Assembly (NCBI GenBank): GCA_030550585.1
Contig: JAUQPB010000001.1
Location: 771,250-790,482, forward strand
Length of the DNA: 19,233 nt
Direction: 5' to 3'
Origin: Thermoproteota archaeon
Lineage (GTDB): Archaea > Thermoproteota > Thermoprotei_A > Sulfolobales > Ignisphaeraceae
In this document: positions 9,704 to 18,337 of the stretch, piece after piece
How positions within the stretch are numbered: the stretch's first letter is position 1
How the letters are laid out: every line of letters begins with the position of its first letter
The notes under the pieces: model-generated
The model's database searches: none
The model's input: the letters and a program-made list of their open reading frames with translations, nothing else
What the model was told of the DNA's origin: nothing
Program-made: the position numbers and the translations under genes

Positions 9704-10660
9704 TCACCACCTCGAAATCAATTCTCTTAGTGTAATGTTCTTCTCCTCAACTAGGGAAAGGTCTTTCACAACATAGACTACAACACGGGTTTTCTCGGGA
9801 TCTAGCCTCAGAACCCCGTGTCCAACGCTCTTCATACCACCAAACATTATACCTTGAGATGCAAACATCTTTAGATATGTTCTCAGAAGTTTACAGACAT
9901 CGCTATCACATGCAGTGATGTCTATATTCTTTAGCTCTGCTCTGAAGCGCCACTTGTATCCAGGGGGTATGAATTCATATTCAAATAGCGCACCACTTCT
10001 AGCAGCCTCTCTAAACCGGTCTATTGCTACTCGTGCGCGTGTAGCTGGCTTAACCTCCTGATCTTTCACTGGATACACATCGAAGAATATGGCTTTAGAG
10101 GCGAGGGCTTGGTTGCCGAAGACCCTGCATATTATACATGGGCTATACTGCTTCAACACAGACAACAGCTTATCTACAGACGACACCTGCTCTATACTAG
10201 ACATAATGTTGCTGACCACAGCTTCCGCATCTCTTATGTGCCTACGGGAAGCTATTTCAGCAATAACCCCCTGGCTTTGTTTATCAAGAAGTGTCTTCTT
10301 CAATTCATCAAAGCTTCTAGATTTTTGTGCCACTTGATACACATAGTTAAGGAATTCAACTGCAAAAGAGCATGTTGCATCATTGAATAGTTCACACACC
10401 TTGTAGTTACCGGCTCTAGCCACAGCCTCTAACAGAGACCTAGTAGCACCTTTGATGGTAGATGCAGGAATGTATGGCACACCTCTAGGATCCCTCAGCA
10501 CAGGAAGGTCTACTTCGCCTAACCCACCACGGCCTTTACCAACGCGAAGCGGTGTTTCATTAACAGCTTCACCTTCTATAACAGTAATCGATTTCAGAAC
10601 ATCGTGATCGATGCCTAGTACACGAAGCTCTTCCACAACCTTCTGAATCTCGTCACTCAA
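9704..10660 (-). CDS. csm3: Cas7 (Csm3) backbone subunit
   Basis: TPLRVGKG, candidate catalytic Asp in GEVDLPV, PYIPASTIKGATRS, CIICRVFG, AIDRFREAA, FGGMKSVGHG; RBS GAGGT before TTG. Confidence 0.92.
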   Translation of the reverse strand: MSDEIQKVVEELRVLGIDHDVLKSITVIEGEAVNETPLRVGKGRGGLGEVDLPVLRDPRGVPYIPASTIKGATRSLLEAVARAGNYKVCELFNDATCSFAVEFLNYVYQVAQKSRSFDELKKTLLDKQSQGVIAEIASRRHIRDAEAVVSNIMSSIEQVSSVDKLLSVLKQYSPCIICRVFGNQALASKAIFFDVYPVKDQEVKPATRARVAIDRFREAARSGALFEYEFIPPGYKWRFRAELKNIDITACDSDVCKLLRTYLKMFASQGIMFGGMKSVGHGVLRLDPEKTRVVVYVVKDLSLVEEKNITLRELISRW

Positions 10661-10680
10661 GATTCCAACCTCTAAGACTT

Positions 10681-11118
10681 TTAAATACGTAAAATACTTC
10701 TCAGATATTCCTCAGCAAAGCCTTGTGGTGCCGGGATGTTCGGGTCACGACGTGCTTGAGCTAGGTCTTTGTACTTTCTCTGCAAAGCAGCATAAACACC
10801 CTGATTAAGCTCCCAGCACTCGTAAAACCACTTAAAATAGCCGAGGGCGCGTCTTAACTTGTCTTTTCTCTCCTCCTCACTTGATGTTCCAGCAATTAGC
10901 CTATTTAATATTTTGTATAATCTGGCAGCGCTAACTGGATCCCAGCGGTTTCGAGCCGTTTGACGAACTAAGAACAAAAGTAGCGTAAAACTATCAGTAG
11001 ACTCAAGGTATTCTACGAGTTTATTGACTTGAGATGATTCAACCACACCATTTACTCTCGCAAGAAGAGCTGCTAATGCTAATTCGTCCAATATATTAGG
11101 GGGGAGCATGGAAACCAT
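10681..11118 (-). CDS. cas11: Cas11 (Csm2-like) small helical subunit
   Basis: 145-aa helical protein heading the operon, with SQVNKL..LLFLVRQTAR pattern seen in type III-D small subunits; assignment rests partly on position. Confidence 0.7.
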   Translation of the reverse strand: MVSMLPPNILDELALAALLARVNGVVESSQVNKLVEYLESTDSFTLLLFLVRQTARNRWDPVSAARLYKILNRLIAGTSSEEERKDKLRRALGYFKWFYECWELNQGVYAALQRKYKDLAQARRDPNIPAPQGFAEEYLRSILRI

Positions 11119-11143
11119 CCTAACATTACATTTTGTGGCACTA

Positions 11144-11158
11144 ATATAAAAGTTTTTT
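11144..11158 (-). promoter_or_regulatory. Candidate BRE/TATA promoter of the cas operon
   Basis: Minus strand AAAAAAC-TTTTATAT, TATA ending about 26 nt upstream of ATG 11118, the spacing of a leaderless archaeal transcript. Confidence 0.65.
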
Positions 11159-11250
11159 AGATCTTGTTCTCGTTAATAGATTTAAAACATGTTATAATAA
11201 CAAATCAAAACATAGAAATATTAATCGGCATTATACTTTGGGGGTTAGCG

Positions 11251-12993
11251 ATGTCATATTCATCAATGGCAATGATTTCAACATCATTGCCATTGATGAA
11301 GCTGTCGCGTTTTCTAACTAGACTACCGATTACGTTATACCATATCATATTGTATAATTTTGTCAGAGGGTTGGCGGAGGAGACAGGGATCCGCATTACT
11401 ACTTGCGGTTGCTTGCGTCGTATTTTATCGCTAAGCAGAGAAGATATTGAAGTTTTTAAAGCCTTTGTTGCCAATCAAATCAATATACCCAAACCTTTCA
11501 TTGAATATCGCATTCAGGTAGATATTAAAGATAAAGAGTTTTTTAATGATTTAGATAAAGGGTATGAGCCCTTAACATCATTGTCGTTAGAGGAAATCGA
11601 GTTTATTGAAAATGAAACACGTGAAAAGGTTTGCAATGTAATTTATGATTCTATTGATAGATTAATTGTAGAGAAAGGTGAATATTGTTGCCTAGAAAGG
11701 AGGAAGGAATGCCAAGATGAAGCATTACGTGTGCTACTATACCCTAAGTTTGCACCATTTCATCTTCTGTCCTTAACATCAGAGGATACCTTAAGTAAAT
11801 ATCTTGATTTAAATCAGATACAGCATCTGATTAATCATGAACTTCACGGATTTCTTTACATGTGGCTATTTCAACGTCTTAGGATGATGTATAGAAGTGA
11901 GGAGTCGCAAATTGATATGCCAACTATATCAATAGAGTTTAGGGCGGTAGCCAAAAGTCACAACATGTTGCCGTCATATTTACTTAGTGCATTAGTCATT
12001 AGAAGACCAAAATTGTATCGCACATTAAATAATTTAAATCAGCAGTTAGAACAATTAGAACAACAATACCAATTAGAACATCAGCGACTTCATTTGTTGC
12101 GACAACGTATTCAAAATCTTCTTGAATTTCTTAATCGTTTTTCGCAGATACGTGACAGCCTTGTTCAAAAATTAATATCAGCCTCTCCTGATGAGCTTGC
12201 ACTACTTGGTAAAGTCATTGCATGTTTACCGAATAAACAATCTGATAGTGATAGTAAAGAATATGGTGAACACAATGAAATTGCTAAAATTATTGAAAAA
12301 GAAGTTATTGAGTTGGGTGGCTCTATTGAAGAACAATCGAAAAGATTTAGAGACGCTGCAAAAAAATACGTAAATTTATGTATTAAGGATTACAAAGAAA
12401 AGAAAGAAGAGAAAGAACATGTTGTAGATTACACGACAGAACTTTTAATTATGTTGAGATATCTTCGTAAATTAGAAGAGGCGTGTATAACACACGAATG
12501 TTCAGATGGCATTTCTCAGGGTTTAAAGTTTAATAGTGCAGGTAATTTGTTAAGTGCAATGATTATTTTGAATACGCTTCCAATACTCTTCTTTTCAATA
12601 CCAAGTTTAGAGATATACTCGAGTGAATGGAGAATGGAGTCGTCAGAAGTTGATGTTGTTATCTTAGGTTATGAACCTGAAGATTATAGGCCTATACTAC
12701 GCTTCGTTGAGATAACAACATCAAGAAACCTAGATAAGGATAAGTCTAAACAAGAGAAGTTGAAGTATCTTGATAAACTTTGTCAGAGGATTAATGACAA
12801 TCTAGATCCATCTCAAGACTGTTGCAAAGTCTTGCTTATCGCCCCATGTGATCTTAATATAGGTGATAATAAAATTTGTTTTGAAGGTGAAGATAGCTTA
12901 TATATGTATGAATATCGCGAAAAGTTATGCATCCCAAGGATATGTTTGGAGGAGGTGTTTTTGCCCCATGTATTTTTAGCCAAGATTTTGTGA
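11251..12993 (+). CDS. Large AT-rich hypothetical protein with central coiled coil and C-terminal PD-(D/E)xK-like domain
   Basis: Uninterrupted ORF (open from 11164; ATG 11251 follows GGGGTTAGCG); Q/L coiled coil LNNLNQQLEQLEQQYQLEHQRLHLLRQRIQNLLE; SEVDVVIL..LRFVEITT resembles a restriction-endonuclease core. Confidence 0.75.
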   Translation: MSYSSMAMISTSLPLMKLSRFLTRLPITLYHIILYNFVRGLAEETGIRITTCGCLRRILSLSREDIEVFKAFVANQINIPKPFIEYRIQVDIKDKEFFNDLDKGYEPLTSLSLEEIEFIENETREKVCNVIYDSIDRLIVEKGEYCCLERRKECQDEALRVLLYPKFAPFHLLSLTSEDTLSKYLDLNQIQHLINHELHGFLYMWLFQRLRMMYRSEESQIDMPTISIEFRAVAKSHNMLPSYLLSALVIRRPKLYRTLNNLNQQLEQLEQQYQLEHQRLHLLRQRIQNLLEFLNRFSQIRDSLVQKLISASPDELALLGKVIACLPNKQSDSDSKEYGEHNEIAKIIEKEVIELGGSIEEQSKRFRDAAKKYVNLCIKDYKEKKEEKEHVVDYTTELLIMLRYLRKLEEACITHECSDGISQGLKFNSAGNLLSAMIILNTLPILFFSIPSLEIYSSEWRMESSEVDVVILGYEPEDYRPILRFVEITTSRNLDKDKSKQEKLKYLDKLCQRINDNLDPSQDCCKVLLIAPCDLNIGDNKICFEGEDSLYMYEYREKLCIPRICLEEVFLPHVFLAKIL

Positions 12994-13584
12994 AGCTGAC
13001 TGTTCTATGAAGCGTATTTTTATGGGTATAGCCACTCTGTGCTGTGGTATTTCTATGTTTATTGTTGGTGCGCATATTCCCTGTGAAATGTTTTTTATTT
13101 GGATTTTTCTTAGCTGTTTTATTGTCTCTACATAGTCTTTATAGTGGCTTCTATCTATGTGTAGAATTGCCTTGGGATTGTCTTTGACGCTAGCTATTTT
13201 CATGTATTTAACGTGTTTGAACATTTTTGCTATTTCTACACACAGTCTAATGTCTTTGCATGTGATCTCGAGCTCCTCGGCATTTAGATAGTCGTCGGGT
13301 TTCCTAGAGACTCTTGGGATTCGAAACCCCATATCTATTTCTACAACCTCAGAGCTCTCCACATCCAATAGAGCTGCATATCTCACCTCAGCCCCTGTCA
13401 AAATCATTTCGACAACGCATTCAATGCACTGCTCGATACTGCTACACTGCGAAACAGCATAGATGTTGCCGTAGCTCTCTACACAAACAGCATAAACATT
13501 GCAGTACGTCAAAAGAGAATCATTGCCAGCAGCGCTACCCAAAACCAACCGCCACAACATCAACAAGCCTAGCGCCCCACACAA
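12976..13584 (-). CDS. Hypothetical Cys-rich protein (true start may be TTG 13512)
   Basis: Long ORF with protein-like composition; its 3' end overlaps the convergent ORF by 18 nt; no motif recognised. Confidence 0.55.
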   Translation of the reverse strand: MCGALGLLMLWRLVLGSAAGNDSLLTYCNVYAVCVESYGNIYAVSQCSSIEQCIECVVEMILTGAEVRYAALLDVESSEVVEIDMGFRIPRVSRKPDDYLNAEELEITCKDIRLCVEIAKMFKHVKYMKIASVKDNPKAILHIDRSHYKDYVETIKQLRKIQIKNISQGICAPTINIEIPQHRVAIPIKIRFIEQSASQNLG

Positions 13585-13820
13585 CCAATAACTGATCTAC
13601 ATAAACCATAACACAATTTAGGATTTCGTTTTACAACAAAGCAATAGCTCACCACCTTCACCCCCAAACAGCTACTCAAAGAGAAAGCCAAGACTCGTTT
13701 ATATAGCTATCTCCCACCTTTCTACCCTGCTATGAGATCTCAACAAATTGCAGACAAGGTGTCCAAACACGGTCAGAGGCTAGAAGATCTTCACCCTCTC
13801 TTCATAGTCTCACAGCCGTG

Positions 13821-13835
13821 AAATCAAAAGAAAAA
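13821..13835 (-). terminator. Candidate U-rich archaeal terminator
   Basis: TTTTTCTTTTGATTT on the minus strand just after the stop at 13843. Confidence 0.4.
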
Positions 13836-13842
13836 TTGTTTT

Positions 13843-14128
13843 TTAGTCTTCTGGCAGGTCTGGAGGTGGTCTGAGCTCCGGTGAGAACATTTTGTCGATG
13901 TCTTCTCCGAGTGCTGTTGCAGCGACTGTCAGCATTCGGTCTATCAGCGATATCTTTGTGATTGTCGGCAGGTCTTCTTTTGCATGTTTCAGATAGTATT
14001 TGAGTAGCTCTGCCTTTTCCCTGTCCACCCTTTCGACTATTGGCAGTAGGGTCTCCTCGATGTCCCTTATGAGCTTCTCTACCCTGAGCCTAAGCTGCGA
14101 CAGCCTTTCGTCTGCCGTGTTTGAACAC
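13843..14128 (-). pseudogene. Small helical protein (~94 aa) whose likely start is out of frame by one base
   Basis: Frame is open upstream of GTG 14028 (SNTADERLSQLRLRVEKLIRDIEETLLPIVER) up to TAG at 14136, with no in-frame ATG/GTG/TTG; GTG at 14128 is one base off; TATA-like TTTATAAG lies about 26-34 nt upstream of it. Confidence 0.5.
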
Positions 14129-14443
14129 CCACACTACATCTTTTTCTAACCTACTTATAAACTGTATCATAGCATGGGTCAAATAGCCACAGCTTCTGCA
14201 TATCCCGTCTCTAGCAAAATTAAAGCTGCTAACCAACTTGCGTTAAAAATATTAGTCATTTGATTAAGGATTGTACAAACGAAACTGCAAGACGGTGATG
14301 AGGTTTCTGGTACCTGAAAACTGATGAAACCCTGCCTCACTGACCCCACCCACAAAACAGTTTGAAAAAGACTGTGCCACAGTCCAAACCATACCACACC
14401 CCACACTAATTTCTAGTATAACATGGTAAAAGTCTAATAGCAA

Positions 14444-14800
14444 CTTCCAACTCTATTTATCGGATTCAATCTCGGCTATCTCATCCTATCACCTTTTTCA
14501 ACGGCTTTTGCCTTTCAATTCCATTTATTGGATTCTTCAGCTGAAACAAGCAAAGAGAGTGAGGAGGTGGAGGAGGAGTGAACTTTCAATTCCATTTATT
14601 GGATTCTTTACGGCAAGCCATGTTTAAAAATCCGCTAAGCCCTTCTCTACTTTCAATTCCATTTATTGGATTCGCTACTGCCAAGCAGCCCAGTAGCGAC
14701 AAGTGTTAGACTTTCAATTCCATTTATTGGATTCCGCTATTGTTTTCCCGTCTTTTCCTTGAACCGCCACAGCTTTCTTTCAATTCCATTTATTGGATTC
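14444..14800 (-). CRISPR. CRISPR array A: 6 repeats of 24 nt, 5 spacers of 37-47 nt
   Basis: CTTTCAATTCCATTTATTGGATTC at 14512, 14583, 14650, 14711, 14777 and a 4-mismatch trailer copy at 14444; degenerate left end, ATTGAAAG tag and right-hand leader all indicate minus-strand transcription. Confidence 0.97.
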
Positions 14801-15125
14801 TGTGCTTGGTTCTCTTGGATGGGAGTCTCCATTTGCGGATTCGAAGCAGTTCAATATACTATGTGTTGAATCTGGTATAAAAGCTTTTAAGCAAATTAGC
14901 GTTAATCGCCATGCGATTGCCATAAAACATCAATGATCTGAAGAGATCATAGCAGCAATGCCGCTATTGCAATGTCTCCCATGGGAAAACTCTAGAAAGA
15001 GTTGACAAAATTGCATACACAGAGATTGTTCTCACGAAGTGATAAAAACTTTTAAAGGGCTTAAATATCTTTGCAAACCCCGCACTGTATGTAACGAATA
15101 TGGAAAGAGATGAAAAGCTTAAAAC
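14801..15125 (-). promoter_or_regulatory. Leader of array A with BRE/TATA
   Basis: Non-coding AT-rich stretch next to the last perfect repeat; minus-strand AAAAGC-TTTTATA at 14888-14876. Outer boundary is approximate. Confidence 0.7.
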
Positions 15126-15384
15126 TCTATTGTTTTGTGTGTTTTGTTTTTTGTTTTGATTTGGTTTAACGTTTATATTGCTTTTCGGTGTTTTGTGTGT
15201 TGGGGTGTGGGTCTACAGTGTCTCATGGGATGTATATTGTTTTTGTTGGGATTGCTGTTGTTTGGTGTGGCATTGTGATGCTATGCAATGTGTGTTGATG
15301 CAGTGAATTGTTTTGTAGATGGTGGATGGGATGCAATGGGTTTTGAGGTTGTTGGTGGGGTGGTTCCCTGGTTTTGGTAGGTGA

Positions 15385-15961
15385 TTGTGGGGTGCTGGGG
15401 CTGCACTACGTAACAGCAGATGTGCTTGGACTATCTTTGTTTATGCTCTGCCCACTGCTTTGTTGGTGATAGTTGGTCTCTTGCTTGGTTTGCTTAGCTT
15501 ATTGGGGTCGCCGGTCTTAGCACAGTTCTTTGCAACATTGTGTAGTGCGATGGTGGTGGCAGGTTTTAGCATTTCTTGTTTGTCTCGCTGGAGACTCTGG
15601 TCACAGCTCTAGCTAGTTGGAGCTGCCATCGCATCTACTAGACAGAGACGGAATCTGGGTTCCTTGCGGGGCTCGGTTGTTTCACTTCGTCGAGTTGCTT
15701 CATCAGACTCTATGAGCGAGTTCATGTGTAGAGTTTATGTGTGGTCTATGCGAACAAGATTTGTCAGCAGACTTTATAGACTGGACTAGCATAGTACTAT
15801 ATTCCGGGGCGGCGCCAGCGGTTCTGGTCTACATCACAGCTCAGCTGGTAGGGCAATCACCATCTGCCGCCCCCGCCTGCTCTGTTTGTCAGATGGCTTA
15901 TATACATGGCTTTTCATCGTTTGATGTGGGGTTTAAGAAGCGGGGTGGACCGGCTGATTAA
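15385..15961 (+). pseudogene. Probable decayed membrane-protein gene
   Basis: Hydrophobic segments in two short ORFs (TALLVIVGLLLGLLSLLG; SIVLYSGAAPAVLVYITAQL) separated by stops and frame changes. Confidence 0.3.
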
Positions 15962-16082
15962 CCAAAACTTTTGCTGGGCTCTCCATGTCTTTGTAGAGAA
16001 GGTATTTAACTGGGTCTCTAACGGCTAGAGCTGCAATCATTGACTACCCAGTTTGAAGTGGGCTGAGCTGAAATTGTCTATG

Positions 16083-17610
16083 CTTTCTACTCCCTTATGG
16101 GAGTTTCCAACTTATCCACTGTGCTTCGAGTGCAATAATCCGTTAAGGATAATCTTTCTACTCCCTTATGGGAGTTTCATAGGTACAAAACGTATCACAT
16201 AAGCAACGTATTTGTTCATAATATCACTTTCTACTCCCTTATGGGAGTTTCATGGCAGGGAGTACATCTATATTGTGCATGAGTGGTATGAGAGCTTTCT
16301 ACTCCCTTATGGGAGTTTCGTGGCAGTGGCAGGGTTGAAGAGGATAAGGGCTTGTTGCATCTGAACTTTCTACTCCCTTATGGGAGTTTCGTCTCTTTCA
16401 TGATCAAGGAGAGGGCTTTCGTGGACATGGCTATAGTCTTTCTACTCCCTTATGGGAGTTTTAACAATACTAGTGTTCTATGGTGTGAAGCCCAATGGAA
16501 AAGGATACACAATTCCACTTTCTACTCCCTTATGGGAGTTTCAAATGTCGCTCCCTGCAGTTGTCTCTGCAGTTACAGACATTGCAAAGGGGGCTTTCTA
16601 CTCCCTTATGGGAGTTTCCTTACCCTCTCTCCAAGCTTGCTTCAATTGCAGATACTGTTTGTCTTTCTACTCCCTTATGGGAGTTTCCTGAAATCACAAA
16701 CAATCGTTGCAAGGTTCGAGAAAAGCATCAGCCTTTCTACTCCCTTATGGGAGTTTCTGCGTTGGGGCCTATTCGACTACTGGTCTGTGCAGGTAGGACC
16801 ATTTACCTTTCTACTCCCTTATGGGAGTTTCAAAATGGGCGATGCAACTATCTGCAACACGAAAGACCCTTACATAGCTGCTTTCTACTCCCTTATGGGA
16901 GTTTCCGGCGTTGTTTGTTGTGTAGCATGCTGTAATTGCTTCTAGCAGCGACTTTCTACTCCCTTATGGGAGTTTCGGCTTTGGAACGGGCTTCAAACGG
17001 TTTGGAAGGGTATAGTAGACTTCTTCTTTCTACTCCCTTATGGGAGTTTCAGTGCTTCACCTATCGAGGCTTTAGAGCATGGCTGTTCAAACAGCCTATG
17101 CTTTCTACTCCCTTATGGGAGTTTCTCAGATACACCTACAGCTCTGGGGAACAGGAGCAGACAGACATCGAGATACTTTCTACTCCCTTATGGGAGTTTC
17201 ATAAGGAAGAGGGTGTTTAACAGGGAGACGAGGAGGTTCGAGTACCTTTCTACTCCCTTATGGGAGTTTCTAGATGATGATAATCATAGGCGGTATCTAG
17301 CCGTCTGCTATGACTTTCTACTCCCTTATGGGAGTTTCGATCATATGCCTTGCCACGCACCTTGAGGCATCTGTAGCACCTTTCTACTCCCTTATGGGAG
17401 TTTCGAGCCAGTACAACATACCTCCTGGGCTCTGGGGCGTATACATCTTTCTACTCCCTTATGGGAGTTTCCATTTCTCAACAATTTTTGCAAGAAAGTT
17501 TGATATCTTTCTATCTTTCTACTCCCTTATGGGAGTTTCAATGGGGGTGTGTGGTGTCAGGGAGCCAAGCAAGTATTGGTACTAGCTTTCTACTCCCTTA
17601 TGGGAGTTTC
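16083..17610 (-). CRISPR. CRISPR array B: 22 repeats of 25 nt, 21 spacers of 41-55 nt
   Basis: CTTTCTACTCCCTTATGGGAGTTTC x22 (copy at 16438 ends in T); 6-bp stem ACTCCC/GGGAGT with 4-nt loop. Minus orientation is inferred only from the GAAAG 3' end. Confidence 0.97.
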
Positions 17611-18167
17611 CTAGTTGTTTCAAGGATAGGGGTGTGGTATGGATTCATGGACTGGATACATATATAACTACATATGTTAAGAATTTGAAGATGTGGAACA
17701 TATTCATGGGTATAGGTTTTATAGCTGATCCTTTGGATCCTGATCTCTCTGTTGAGAAGATGTTGTATGATCGCCTTAGTTTCGATTTTGATGATGAGGC
17801 TAATCCACGTGAAGCGGTGGAGTGGGGACTGGGGTTCGCTAAGATTATTGAGGATAGATATGGTGCTACTCCACTAGTTTTCGAGTCCGGTTTCAAGGGT
17901 GCTCATGTGGTTATACCATTGTCTAGGCCTGTGGAGTGGGGGGTGTACCAGCTACTGTGGAGACATCTCTATGTAGAGATTCCTCCTGAAGCTAGAAGGC
18001 TCATAGATTTAAACATGTTGCAATGGAATAGAGTGAATAGAGTGCCTCTAACCTATAACGTTAAAGAGAGCGGTGCCAGGTTCTGTAGGATTATATATCC
18101 AAGGAAGTTTACATGGGATAACTTCAGCTGGAGGGAGCTTATGCCTCTAGAAATGGTTTGCTGTTAG
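17611..18167 (+). pseudogene. Archaeo-eukaryotic primase (AEP/Prim-Pol) catalytic domain, plasmid/virus-like, apparently truncated
   Basis: Motif I LSFDFD, motif II FESGFKGAHV, motif III LIDLNM followed by RVPLTYN; frame open back into the last repeat; ends at MVCC* soon after the core. Confidence 0.75.
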
Positions 18168-18337
18168 CTCTGTGAGAGAATCGTGATAGTAGTTAATATT
18201 TTTGCTTTAATAGCTTGTCAGAATCTTCTATCTATAAGAATTGTTAGAGATTTGCAACATTCTTTACTCATTCAATGATTCTCATTGTTAGAGATGGACA
18301 TCTTTCTGCTCTATCATATGTTTAGAGTATGTAACAT

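Noticed and set aside
411-10390. Many plus-strand ORFs (and short alternate-frame minus ORFs) over the cas operon
   Set aside because: Shadows of motif-bearing cas genes; Ser-rich and without motifs.
14179-14406. 75-aa minus-strand ORF next to the array A trailer
   Set aside because: Starts in a GT-skewed low-complexity tract; no motif or other support.
15962-16082. Possible left-hand leader for array B (AGAAGGTATTTAAC near 15996-16010)
   Set aside because: Not strongly AT-rich and conflicts with the GAAAG-3' orientation; not fully excluded.
17507-17521. CTTTCTA duplicated just before the repeat at 17515
   Set aside because: A 7-nt match in a pyrimidine-rich spacer end is compatible with chance.
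16108-17585. Apparent antisense bias of array B spacers
   Set aside because: Several spacers (e.g. 16179-16226, 16619-16662, 16906-16951, 17472-17514) read better on the other strand; cannot be judged without protospacers.
14468-17585. Self-targeting or duplicated spacers within the window
   Set aside because: None found by eye; an alignment is needed to exclude partial matches.
16352-17667. ORFs spanning array B (and 14666-14869 in array A)
   Set aside because: Translations of repeats (FLLPYGSF, LSTPLWEF, FYSLMGVS); not genes.
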